A DNA stretch of 64,000 bases from Peribolospora baueri. Taxonomy: Eukaryota. A program made the position numbers and the translations under genes. Shown in pieces: positions 26,507 to 37,334 of this stretch (within the stretch, counting starts at the first letter, position 1; every line of letters begins with the position of its first letter). Under the pieces are notes generated by a model. That model worked only from the letters and a program-made list of their open reading frames with translations, ran no database searches and was not told the origin of the DNA. The DNA is taken from assembly GCA_029717555.1 (NCBI GenBank), contig JAMDHS010000023.1, positions 186,001-250,000 of the forward strand, read 5' to 3'.

Positions 26507-27597
26507 CTAAAGGCCCTCCTTCAACCTCTTCTCGGCTTCCTTGAAGTTGATCACTTGCCTATGTTACACGAATGAAAGGTGACAGCCGGTAAGCGGATCG
26601 ACGAACGACGGCAGAGGGAACATGACGTGCACAGCGGCAGCACGTGACGCCGATACAGTCTTCACGCTCACCAGATTGCCTTAAAGTACTCGGCCTTGAC
26701 ATTCTGGTACTGGAGGTAGTAAGCGTGCTCCCAAGCGTCGATGCCGATAAGGGGCTTGTGGGCTGGCATGAAGAAAAGTTCAAACAGGGAAGGGGACGTC
26801 AGCGAGATTGTCATGCGTCGTCAGACTGCCGAGCTCTCGGGATGATCTACTGACACAGCAAAGGGTCCTGGTTCGCAGTGGTGACGATATCGAGCTTCTT
26901 GGTGATGGGGTGAATACCGAGCCAGCCCCATCCAGAGCCCTGGATGCCAGCGAGGGCGGCATTGAACTTGGTCTTAAGCTGGTCGAGGCCACCGAAGTCG
27001 CGATCGATGGCATCCTTGAGCGCACCGTCGGAGAGCTCGCCACCACCGGCCTTGGGCGGGGCCAGGTTGGTCCAGAAAAGAGAGTGGTTTACGTGGCCTG
27101 GTGTGATGTGTAGGCAGGCATACCACTGATAAGTGGGGCTCACGGGATAGTGTGGGCCAACGGTGAGCGGGACGGGGAAGTTGCTTATAGTTTAACTCAC
27201 CACCGCCGTTGAAGACGAGAAGCCGCTGTGTCTCAAGCTGGGTCTTGACGTCACCCTTGGCGGTCGCCTCGTGCAGGGTTTCCTCAGCAGCATTGAGACC
27301 GTTAACGTAGGCCTGGTGGTGCTTGTTGTGGTGGAGCTCCATGATCTGGCCGGAGATGGCCGGCTCGAGCGCCTTTGTAGACATGAGCGTAAAGGGTTAG
27401 GCGTCGACTCAGCGTCAAGACATGGTCCGGTTCGGCCATTCATCGTCGACATTCATTCCAGTTACACTTACACCGTAGTCGTACGGCAGATCAGGCAGTG
27501 TGTGCTTGCTCCTCGTGGCCATCGTGCCGGCAGGCCGGACCGCAGAGGCGCGGAGGGCGGACGAGGCGAGAGGGCGAGCGGCGACGCGGAAGGACAT
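26507..27597 (-). CDS. SOD2: Mitochondrial manganese superoxide dismutase
   Basis: Presequence [87 protein letters not shown], end RLKEGL*. Confidence 0.97.
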
Positions 27598-28371
27598 GGT
27601 GGGATTGTGAGCAGGAATCAGGAGTGGTGAAAGTGGCCGTCGTGAAGATGATCGCGATCGTTCAATCCCGGAACGATGTTCGATGATGACGCGCAGATGA
27701 TCGGCGCCGCAGTCGAGTAAGTGCACAAGTATGTAAGCAACCGTAGGGTTAGGGTCGGGCCCTTGCCGCAGCCCCAAGCACGTCCACCGCCATCGTTCGT
27801 TCGGCGGCCCCATTAGGGCGCCTTCCCGTCATCCCAACGCTCGTTCCCTTTGGCCCGTTCCCGATTGCATCTTCGGTCAGCGGGTTGCCAAGTGAAATTG
27901 GCAATCCTCATTACCCGCGTAGGAACCTTGAAACGAGGGAGGGACGCGTGCGTGGCTTACTTAAGGGATGGCAAGTCCTGTTACCTCCTTTACCTCCTGT
28001 AGGCAGGCGCCGCGGCGGTGAGGGGGCGTCCCAGGCCGCAAGCGGACAACCTCGTCGTCGTCGTCTTAGCCGCCCTCCGTGACCAACGCACCTAGGGGCC
28101 AATGAATAGCAAAGGATAGGGATGAGAGCGCGGAGAATACCCAGCCCACACGGGAGTGGCTCTGGTCCTGCGGCGTCGGGTTCTGGTGGCGATCCGGAAC
28201 AACGCCGCCTTGCGGCTGTTGGCTTCGTTAACATGACCTCGGCCGCACTTTTCGGCGTCAAGACGACTCGACGCTTGCTGCACACTGTCGCACAACCTAG
28301 GCGCCACCATGGTGCGGTCCGAGTTGTCGGTTCTGGACGAGGTACCGAAGCAGGTCGACCGCGCTCGTCGA

Positions 28372-29125
28372 GTATAAATTTATGATAAGGATTTCGTTCG
28401 TTATCGGACTTAACCTTACATTTTATAACACGAACTGACGACAGCCATGCAACACCTGTGAAAAAAAAACCTATTACACTTATTTTTAAAACTAGCACAA
28501 TAGGCAAACAAACTACTCCGACAAGGGTATTCATTTAACTATTTTCATACAAGGAAAGGTAAGGTTCTACGTGGATCATCGTATTAAATAACATGCTTCA
28601 CTTCGGGTTTCTGGTGCCCTCTAATCTTTTTGTTTTCAGCACTGATGCTATACTCACAAGATGCTACAAGCGTTAGCATCTTATCAGATATAATAATTGC
28701 TACCAAATGATAGTGTAGATCGTTTACGGCTTGGAATACTAGGGTATCTAATCCTTGTCTCTCCCCAAGCTTTCGTATCTTAGTGTCAATCGTTAATTAG
28801 AAACGTGCCTTCGCAATTAGTATTCCACTAAGTATAATCGGATTTCATCCCTACTCTTAGCATTATCCTTTCCTCTGTTCGATTCTAGTTATTAATGTTA
28901 AAATAACCACCTACATGCCCTTTACACCTATTAAATACGTCTAACGTTGGCCCACCCGTATTACCGCTTCTGCTGGCACGATGGTTAGATTGGACTTATA
29001 GTAAGGAAAGTCATTATACTCCTTACTCTATCCACAAGAGTTATCCACTTGTAGAATTCTAGTTGACTAGGTCATTCTTTCGAACATTGCCCAATATTCT
29101 AAACTGTTGCGTCTTAAAATAGACC
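28372..29125 (-). other. NUMT: fragment of mitochondrial small-subunit rRNA (rns), roughly E. coli 16S positions 335-1115
   Basis: Abrupt AT-rich island. Colinear reverse-complemented SSU signatures: ACGAACTGACGACAGCCATGCAACACCTG (28430), GGAATACTAGGGTATCTAATCC (28733), GTATTACCGCTTCTGCTGGCAC (28958), CAATATTCTAAACTGTTGC (~29092). Both rRNA ends are missing. Confidence 0.88.
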
Positions 29126-29187
29126 ATCCTTGGGCTCAACCTCGATTGACGCTGTCGACTTATACGACTTGTTTGCACGCTACACAG

Positions 29188-29280
29188 ATCGGAAACGCAG
29201 CCCCGATCCCACTCGCCATGGTCATAGGAAGAGAGCTGAAAGAGGCTATGATAAAGAGGACTACTGAGGTATCTATATAA
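29188..29280 (+). pseudogene. Orphan terminal exon of a C5 cytosine DNA methyltransferase (motif X), DNMT1-like remnant
   Basis: After a branch-like TTGAC (~29146) and CAG (29185-29187), the frame reads IGNAAPIPLAMVIGRELKEAMIKRTTEVSI*. This matches C5-MTase motif X (Q[IV]GNAVPxxLAxxIG) and the GREL-x-EA tail recalled from basidiomycete DNMT1-like proteins. No other MTase motifs found in the window. Confidence 0.65.
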
Positions 29281-29413
29281 GTCGTTTGTTTCAAAGTCGG
29301 AACGAGAAAGCACATTGTTGTACTACACTCGTACACGACAGGTGAATAAATTCGATTCGACCCAGAGGAGCGCTCCTTCTTGATTTGAAATCAGTTCGTG
29401 GATCTCCCTCGAA

Positions 29414-31402
29414 TCACTCATCCACCTTGACAGCGAGCACAGCAGAGTGTTGCCCGCCCGTAGCGCATCTCACCACCTTATACCCCTGCATCTGCTTGCT
29501 AGTCACCCTCGTCGGGGTCCTCACTTCTTCCTCGTCGCCTATGCCTAACTGGCACTGGTTGCCGTAACCCCAGCCGTAAAGGCAGCCGTCCTCGGCAACT
29601 GCAAGGTTGTGCCGCGTGCCGCTGGCCAGATGCACGATCTTCGTCGGCTTGCCGTCGGCTTCTGCCGGGAAAGGTATGTGCACCGGCTCAGGGATGTACT
29701 CGTCCGGAGGAGGACCCTTCGTCGGCGGAAGATCATCCGACGATACGACGCCCGCAAAGGCCCCGCCCATGCCATCCACCTCCATGGCATCGGCGCCACC
29801 GCTAGCCGACGCCTTTTCGCGCTTCTGGGCCTGTTTGGCCTCCCACTGCTTCATCTCCTCCTCCAACTCCTCCGCCCTGCGCTTCTCCCACTTTTCGCGC
29901 TCTTCCGCCACCTCGATCATCGCAGGATGGTCGTCGTCCAGACCGAGCTCGAAGCCGTCGCAGCGCCCGCAGCCCCAGACTTCGCCGTTGTCGAGCAAGA
30001 AGAGCGTGTGGTGCTCGCCGCCCGAGATCTGCTTCACTCGAGCTCCGCCATGCTTCTCCGGGCTTAGCGCTTCCACGCGCGCCGGCACAGGGATGATGTC
30101 CTGAGCGCCTCCATGCGACATCGGCACGCCCGTTTGATGGAGCGAGTTGAGGCCCCAGCTATAGACCTCTCCCTTCTTGTCGACCGCAAAAGAGTGGTAG
30201 CTGCCGGATCCCAACATCACGATATCTTTGAGAGCCAAGCGTTCCGGTGTCAGACCATTGATCTTGCGCCTCTCGATGATGCGCCTTCCGAGCTGGTTCT
30301 GCTGACCGTTGCCCCACGTGTAGACGTGGCCCGTCGTCGTCAGAGCCAGAACGTGATCGGCGCCACACGCGATCTGCACGAAGCTGTGCTTGTTGAGCTC
30401 GGGCAGGGAAACTGGAGAGAACTGCTTCTTCTCCGATCCAGTGCGGCCGTCGAAGCCAAGCAATCCGTCGTTGGACTAGGAGAAAAAAAGGGGCCGTCGC
30501 GCGCATTCAGCGACGGTGAACGTAGAGATGCCGAGACTTCTATCGCTCACCATACTCACCCTGAAGCTACCCCACACTCGCACCTGGCCCTGATCTCCGA
30601 TTGCCACGCTCACGCTGTCTCCAGCAGCAACCTGAACGGCACGGAAAAGCTCGACTTCGCCCTCCTTGCCGCCCTCAGGCGGCGGTCCGGGTAGCACGCC
30701 GCGACCGGCAGGGTCGAGGCCCTCGACTCGCATCGGCTCCGTCTCCAGCACTTCCGCCTCAATGGACGAATCTCGAGTGGTGGAGCGACCGAGAGAGGCG
30801 TTATCGTTGATACCCCACGACCATATCTGAAAGGCGTCGAGGCAACATGAATAAAAACACCGGGTAAACACGGGGACGCGGTCGAGTTGAAGGAAAGGGC
30901 GTCGGGAAAAGAAACCCGCGAATGGTTCACTCACCTGTCCATCCGAATCCACCGCCAATGTATGCATACCGCCAGCGGCGAGCGTCTCCAATCCGCCCTG
31001 GCCGGAAATGCCCTCGTCCACTTTGGATTTCCAGCCGATATGCAAACGCGGACGCTTGATCTCTCCCAGCTCTCCGGTGCCCAGTCCGTGTTGGCCCATA
31101 TCGCCATTTCCGAACACGAACAGGTATCGTGGGAGGATCACGGTCGCGTCCTTCGCGCTGCGGACGGCCGCTTCCGGGACCGGAAGCGCGTTAAGCCCTG
31201 GACGAGGTGCTCTCGAAAGGGCACTCGCCCGACCGCGACGAGACGGCGACGCGGACATCGTCCTCGTCTTTTTCCCTGCAGGCTCGGGCGTCTTGCTACG
31301 TCCGCGCCCGTTGGCGGTAGAGGCCCCCTTGCTGGGGCCAGCAACCGGCGACTTGCCCCGCTTCCGGGTCGACCTCTGAGCCATGTGCTCGTCCACGTCC
31401 AT
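29414..31402 (-). CDS. RCC1: RCC1 Ran guanine-nucleotide exchange factor (Srm1/Prp20/Pim1-like)
   Basis: RCC1 repeats FVFGNGDMGQHGLG, AAGGMHTLA, WSWGINDNASLGR, ACGADHVLAL, WGNGQQNQLGRRIIERRK, SGGEHHTL, ATGGQHS. Basic N-terminal tail. Start may instead be 31384. Confidence 0.93.
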
Positions 31403-31704
31403 ATTGATTCGAGCCCGGGTAGCTGACTGCAAGGGAGAAACGGCAATGAGACACGCAGGATAGAGGGCGAAAAGGAGAGCGAGCAGCACCGAGGTGGAGC
31501 GTTGGTGGATGGTGGTCGTTGGTTAAACTCGCAAAAAGTTTTCGATGTTGACGTCCCGCCGTGTTTGGCCCGATCTTGCCTTCTTGCCGCAGTCGACGCG
31601 GCTACCTTGGCCCACGTGGACGACACCGACTTCGAAAGCCCCATCCCCCACTCTGACCTCACCTCACAGACATCTTCAAGCAGCAGCATTGAGACAGACG
31701 TCTG

Positions 31705-33979
31705 ATGCTCTTCAATGGCACCGGAGGGGGCTCCAGCGCCGGGGATCCTCCTTCCCAGGCGCATCCTGATGCAACCTCTTCTTCCGCCTCCGCCACAGCC
31801 CCCCGGCTCGAGCTGGGAGCGACCATGCTCGACGGCGACGAGAGCCTCGACGGAGACGTTACCGTCGCGCTGGCCAGACTCAACTATAACATCGAGAATG
31901 TGACGAAACAGATGAGGGAGCAGGTGAATTCTGCGTTTTGTTACTTGCGTCCAAAGAGACGTTGCGCGACTTACCTTCTCTCAACCTTTTGTGCCTCGTT
32001 CGATCGCCGACTGCACAGGTAACCACCCATGCGCCGGCACTGCTCGCCCACGCTTCCAGCATATCCAATATGGAAGGCGGGCTCAAGGACGTGCGTAATG
32101 GTCTTGGCGAATTAGAGGGTGGAGTGGAGCGGTACGTGCAACCTTTATATTGTCTATGTACGACGGTGTTGAAGCCCTCAAGTTTCGCTCGTGTTGATGC
32201 CTCCTGTGTCACATTTTGTGACCATTACCCTTCTTCTCAAGCCTTCGCGCAAAGGTACGGACTCCGTACCAACATTTGCGCCGCTTGCACGCCCGACTCT
32301 CTCGCTTGCACGCTGCCTCCGATTTGCTACGTCGGGCTGGGCGGTTCGCTCAGCTGGCTCGTAGGTTGGACGCCCAGATGGACGTTGTGGTCGCAACAGA
32401 AGCGGGAGGCGGGGATACGAACCCAGCCCCGGGGACGATTGAACAAGCGAAGGGCAAGGGAAAGAGCAAGCTGGATTTGACCGAACCAGAGAGGGAGGAG
32501 GCTCTTGGCAGGGAGCTCGCCAAGGCGGCTTTAACGATCTCTGAACTCGGTGAGCGAGCCCTTCCATCTCAAGGACTCCTCTCTACCAAGACGACCTTTA
32601 TTGACGCAGGCATACTTGTATTGGCTTCCTGTCGATCTCTGCACGCTTTCTTTGCTCTCTTATAGACTCATTACTCTCGCAATCCCCGGTTTCTAGCCCA
32701 ACTGCATCTCCTTCCACGGGCGCGAAACCGCCCGGTAAAGGCAATGCTGATCCTCCGGGACTTCCCTCCCCACCGCTCACGGCACTTTCCTTTGTGAGGA
32801 CATATCTGTCGGTTCTAGAGGAGGCAAGGAGGGGGGTCAACGAGCGGATGGAGGATATGATTGTTAGAGGGCTTAAAGATTTGGTGAGTGGAAGCCTCCC
32901 GGCGCGCACCCTTCTCTAAATCCCCTCTGTTCTTGCTCTCATGAGCTGAAGCTCGGCTCGCGCTTTTTTTCTCTTTCAAACGCCCTCACGACCATCTCTC
33001 ATAGTCTCCAACGCTTCTCTCGAGCGCTCTCCAAATCGCGAATAACCTTGGTTCCCTACCCGACCTCGTAAGAGATCTGCTCTCTGACCTGACCGAAGTC
33101 GTCCGTGATCGCATCCGCGCGGCATTCGACATGACGAGTTTGGCTAAGGAAGTTGGTGGTAAAGGTGCGCCTTATGCCCTTCTCCGTGTGCACTCTGCCG
33201 CTCAATTCACAGGGCACGTTGCTGATCAGCTGACGTCCGTCCCTTTTGCCGTTCCACGATCAGAACCTATCGCTCCATCGGCGGCGAACGCGTACATCGG
33301 CTACAAGATCCGCTCACGCAACGAGCCGGCAAACGTGCTCGCGCCACAGTGGGCCGCAGCTTTGTGGAAGCGTCTTGACAATCTAATCGTGGGGGAAATG
33401 GCAGGTGTTTGTATGAAGGTGGGTCTTCGTTTGCTCTGCTCAATTGACTCGGTAGCATGCATTGGTGCTGGCGAAATGGATTCGTGCTCACCTCATGATG
33501 CCATCATTGACGGGTGGCCAGGTGTACGCGCTGGAGAAAGTGCTCCGACTGAAACAAGACCAGGGGACACAGCTTTCGTTCCTTGAAGAGGCGATGAAGG
33601 TGCTAGAGAACAAGCCGAGCGTCATCTTCTGGAAGACGTTTGCTCAGGCTTTCGAGTCGCACTCGAAGGAAGCCGTAAAATGTGAGTCGCTCTTCCATTT
33701 CCTTACTCCGGTTCACCACGGCGCTCGTCCATCTTCTATCAAGAGGAGGCTCGCCCGCGCGCGCGCTCAATGACATCTGATCTGATCCTCCACTGGATAC
33801 GGGCATACGAAAAACAAGCGTCAGCGTTCGTCCAACAAATGCTCACCACCAACTACGCAAAGCTCGTCCGACTCTTCCAAGACTTTTTCTCCAAGGTCGC
33901 CGTGACGACGGATACGGACCAGCAATCTCCTGAGACGGTCCTTGTGCTGCGCTCGATAGCACACTTTGCGAGCGCCTAG
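31705..33979 (+). CDS. COG5: Conserved oligomeric Golgi complex subunit 5, apparently 3'-truncated (possible pseudogene)
   Basis: Eight in-frame exons: DVTVALARLNYNIENVTKQ|VTTHAPALL...RLHAASDLLRRAGRF...LLSSALQIANNLG...VYALEKVLRLK...YAKLVRLFQDFFSK...SPETVLVLRSIAHFASA*. Start codon uncertain. Confidence 0.8.
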
Positions 33980-34649
33980 GTATGCTGTGTGTGCATGTGC
34001 ATGTGTATGTGTATGTGTATGTGGGCGTTTGGATGGCGCCACCCTGCTTCCTCGACGATGGATTTCAGCGACAGATGCTGTTTCCGCAACGTCCCGAGGT
34101 TTTTTTAATGCCTCGCGGCATTGTTCAGTCGAGGCGAGCCAAGCCAAGCCAAGCCAAGACGAAACGAAACGAAACGAAAGGGCCGGAAAAGGAAAAGAAA
34201 GAAAGCCATCTGAACAGTCGATGGCGTGGTATTCCATTGACAAAGCACGATGACAAGGTATCCCGAAATAGCTACGCATGCATGTATCAGCATCAATATC
34301 AATATCAACGTCTAATATCCCGTCGGTAAGGGACGACGGGAGGGATGTGGCGTTGTTAGGAATGATACCAAGAGGTGGAAAATGCGCACGCAATAAAGAG
34401 GTGCGGGTGGCCGGGCGGCCGGGGCAAGGCAAGGCAAGAAGGGTAGGGGGGGGGGTGGCAACCGAGCGTCCCGAGGCAAAGGATAGGAAGAATACGAAGG
34501 CAAATAAAATGTCAAGGAGAGCGACCCTTTCGCTGGGGCACAAGGGTCCTGGTGCAGAAGGGCCGATGTGCGGGAGGAGGCTTCTTTGAGTTGGGCAAAC
34601 CGGAGGAAACGAAAGCGTCAGGAAGAGGGACGCTGGAAAGGTGCTCTTC

Positions 34650-36258
34650 TCAAAGGATGAGAGCGGCGACGGCGCCGACGGCGCCGAGGGCGAAGGAAGT
34701 GAGGACGCCGACAGGAAGAGAGGAGGCGCTGTTGGAGCCGGAGGTGGCCTTGGATCCTCCCGTGCTGGTGGCGGCGGGACGGGAGGAAGGCAGGCTGCCG
34801 TCGGAGGTGTGGACTGCGGTGACGGTGATAATGTGAGTGGTAGAGAAGCTGGAAGAGCTCGAGATCGTCGATTGCGTAGACTGACTGGAGGCCGAAGAGC
34901 TGCTGGAGGCGGAGGATCCCGAGCCGACGCTCTGAGGGTGATTGGCCTCGGAGCCAGCGGTGGGAGCGGCGGCGCCCAAGCCGGAGGAGATGCCAGAATA
35001 AGTGTTGCAGTTGGACGAGCTGGCGGCGGGATGGGCTGAAGGGGTGGGCGAGACGCCCTGATACCACCTCGAGGTGCCGTAAAGGCCCATCGGGAGGTCG
35101 TCGTCGGCGTCGCACTGCTCGAAGACGCCGTCGGTGTACGGACCGGGCATGCTAGGGTGATGCAAAGAAAACGTGGCGAGGGAAGGTCAGTCGGTATCCA
35201 ACGAAGGAGAGAAGGGGTTGCAAAGCGGAAAGAAAAAACAATACTCACTTCCTGAGAGAATCGAATCGATCCAACCGGTGAAGATGGGAACACAATGCGA
35301 AGGGACCAAAGGTCAGTCGCGAATGACCGCGCCATGAGCAAAAAGGGCAAAACGAAAACGAAAACGACAATCACCATTGGCAACCCATGGTGTCGTAGAT
35401 ATGCTGGCAGTTGGTAGCGGCGTTCGGGCCGATACAAGCACGGACACAGAAACTGCGATGGTAGAAGGGGCGGTGAGACGAGGCGGGAGCGGCCAAGAAG
35501 AGAGGATGCTTGGGATATGCTCACTCGCTCTCCGACATAAAGTTGGTCCACTCGAAGATCTGCTGATAGCCGCCATCAAAGGCGTTCGAGAACACTAACC
35601 CGCCGATGGGGTTGCCGTTGCCGGTCGCACCGTGCGGATCGAGCTCTCCGCCAGCGTCGCCGCGAGCGATGTTCATCTTTGTGAAGTCGCCATTGCCGGT
35701 CACTTGGACATAGTCGTCCGTCTTGAGGAAGTGCACTCCCGTGAGAGTTCCTGTCAGGGCGAGGGAGGCGGATTTCAGAGGAAAGCAAACAGGAGAGGAC
35801 GGTTCGGTTAGGAGAAACGGGGTCGACCACGCAACGCAGCGGATAACCATAGCCTTTACCTGGAGGGATGAGACGGGTGCCGTATCCGCTCTGAGTGCAC
35901 CAAGCCACCTCCACCTCCTCCGTCTGGCCGATCTCGCCGACGGTGGGGGGAGCCCAGAGACAAAAGTCGTGCACCGAGTTGATGTATACGTTCTGACAGT
36001 TCGAGGTCTGGGACGAGCCGGCGCCGCACTTGTTCGTGCCCGTTTGGCCTTGTTCCGTCGTTGCGGGCAGGTTGGCGGGGTCGTAGGTCGCGCTGCAGGG
36101 AAGGGTATCGGACAACGCCCGTCAGGGATATGCTTCTTTCTCAAGCGGCGCCACCGCTCGCAAAGCGTCACGCACGAGTACTGCGCCTTAGCGAGAGCGG
36201 CAACGAGAGGGAGAGTTTTGGCGGCGAGGCCGACGATGTTAGCGGTCGAAGTCTTCAT
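34650..36258 (-). CDS. Secreted GPI-anchored mannoprotein, Cryptococcus MP88-like family
   Basis: Signal peptide; GQTGTNKC, NSVHDFCLWAPP, VAWCTQSGYGTRLIPPG, GGELDPHGATGNGNPIGG, EWTNFM, CQHIYDTMGC; Ser/Thr tail and hydrophobic C-terminus. Confidence 0.85.
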
Positions 36259-37334
36259 GGCGATGTGAGAAGACAGCGAGGAATTAGGGAGATGTGAGAA
36301 GAAGGTGAGAGAGGAGAGGAACGAGTGTGGGGGATATATGGCCAGTAATAAGATATGCCAGTCGGACAGGGAGGCGGTGCTGTTCAAAAGAGGTCAGGGA
36401 TCAGGCCACTGGGTCCGGGCATGGAGAGGTGGACTGTGGAGGACGGAGGAGGACTGGGCGACACACGGCACGCACGGCGCGCGAAGTACGATTACGGTGT
36501 ATGTACCGTTTAACGCACACCACATTCAGCTCAAAGCCTCTCCCGCTTCTGCTCGCTCTCTCTCCCATCTCCCAAACCATCACAAGGACCGCTCTAGACT
36601 CACCGCAACGCAACGGCTCCAGATATCGGCCGCACGGCCGCCGACGGTCGCGTCAGGCCGTCCGCGCCGACTCGACAATTGTGCCGGGCACAAGTCCACC
36701 GTAAGTATGATAATAATCAGACTACGTGACCTACGCCCGCAACAGGCCAACTGGAGCCTCTTCCCGCTCGCCCTCCCTCCACGTTGCAAGTCGCAGCGTA
36801 CTTGCCTCTTCACGTCGCCGCCTGATTCTCTCCGGCTTGTCGAGGGGGTTTTGTCCAGCACGTGAGAGCATGTACAAAAGACTCCCTCCTTCCCCGCTCG
36901 CTGCCTCTTGGGCTCGCGCTCCCTCAACATGCGCCTGCAGTGGACAGCGCGCAACGGCTCGGAGCGAACAGACTTCGCAGCATGTCGTGCAGCAGCTAGC
37001 CAGCTGTCCTGGGCCCGACCCTCGGATCGTCGAAGGCTCGGCGGACGTCTCGGCGCCGCTCAGCCTAAAGTACCTACGGGATCAGCAGGGTGCATAGTCA
37101 CGTGCGCTCGAGTATCGTCAGGCGTAATCGAAGGTATAATGGCGCGGCAAGCGATCTCTTTCCGGGCACGCCAAGCCCGCGCATCGTCGACCACCACCAG
37201 GAACGACCGACCAGACCAGCCTGTCCACGTCTTCCTTTGAATTGAATCCATGCGCAGAAGCATGCTGTTGCGCCCTCGCCAGTGACTGACCAGAGGCCCT
37301 CGTCTCACTAGGACAAAACGGCGTCGGGGACGGG

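Noticed and set aside
28372..29125. Functional rRNA gene or bacterial 16S contamination
   Set aside because: The fragment lacks both ends, is very AT-rich, deviates in motifs invariant in bacteria, and is flanked by intron-containing nuclear genes.
33977..33985. COG5 TAG rescued by readthrough or A-to-I editing, given the donor-like GTATGC right after it
   Set aside because: No downstream COG5-like exon found before the next gene.
33821..35551. 576-aa minus-strand ORF
   Set aside because: Runs out of frame through the mannoprotein's exons, introns and 3' simple repeats; a low-complexity artefact.
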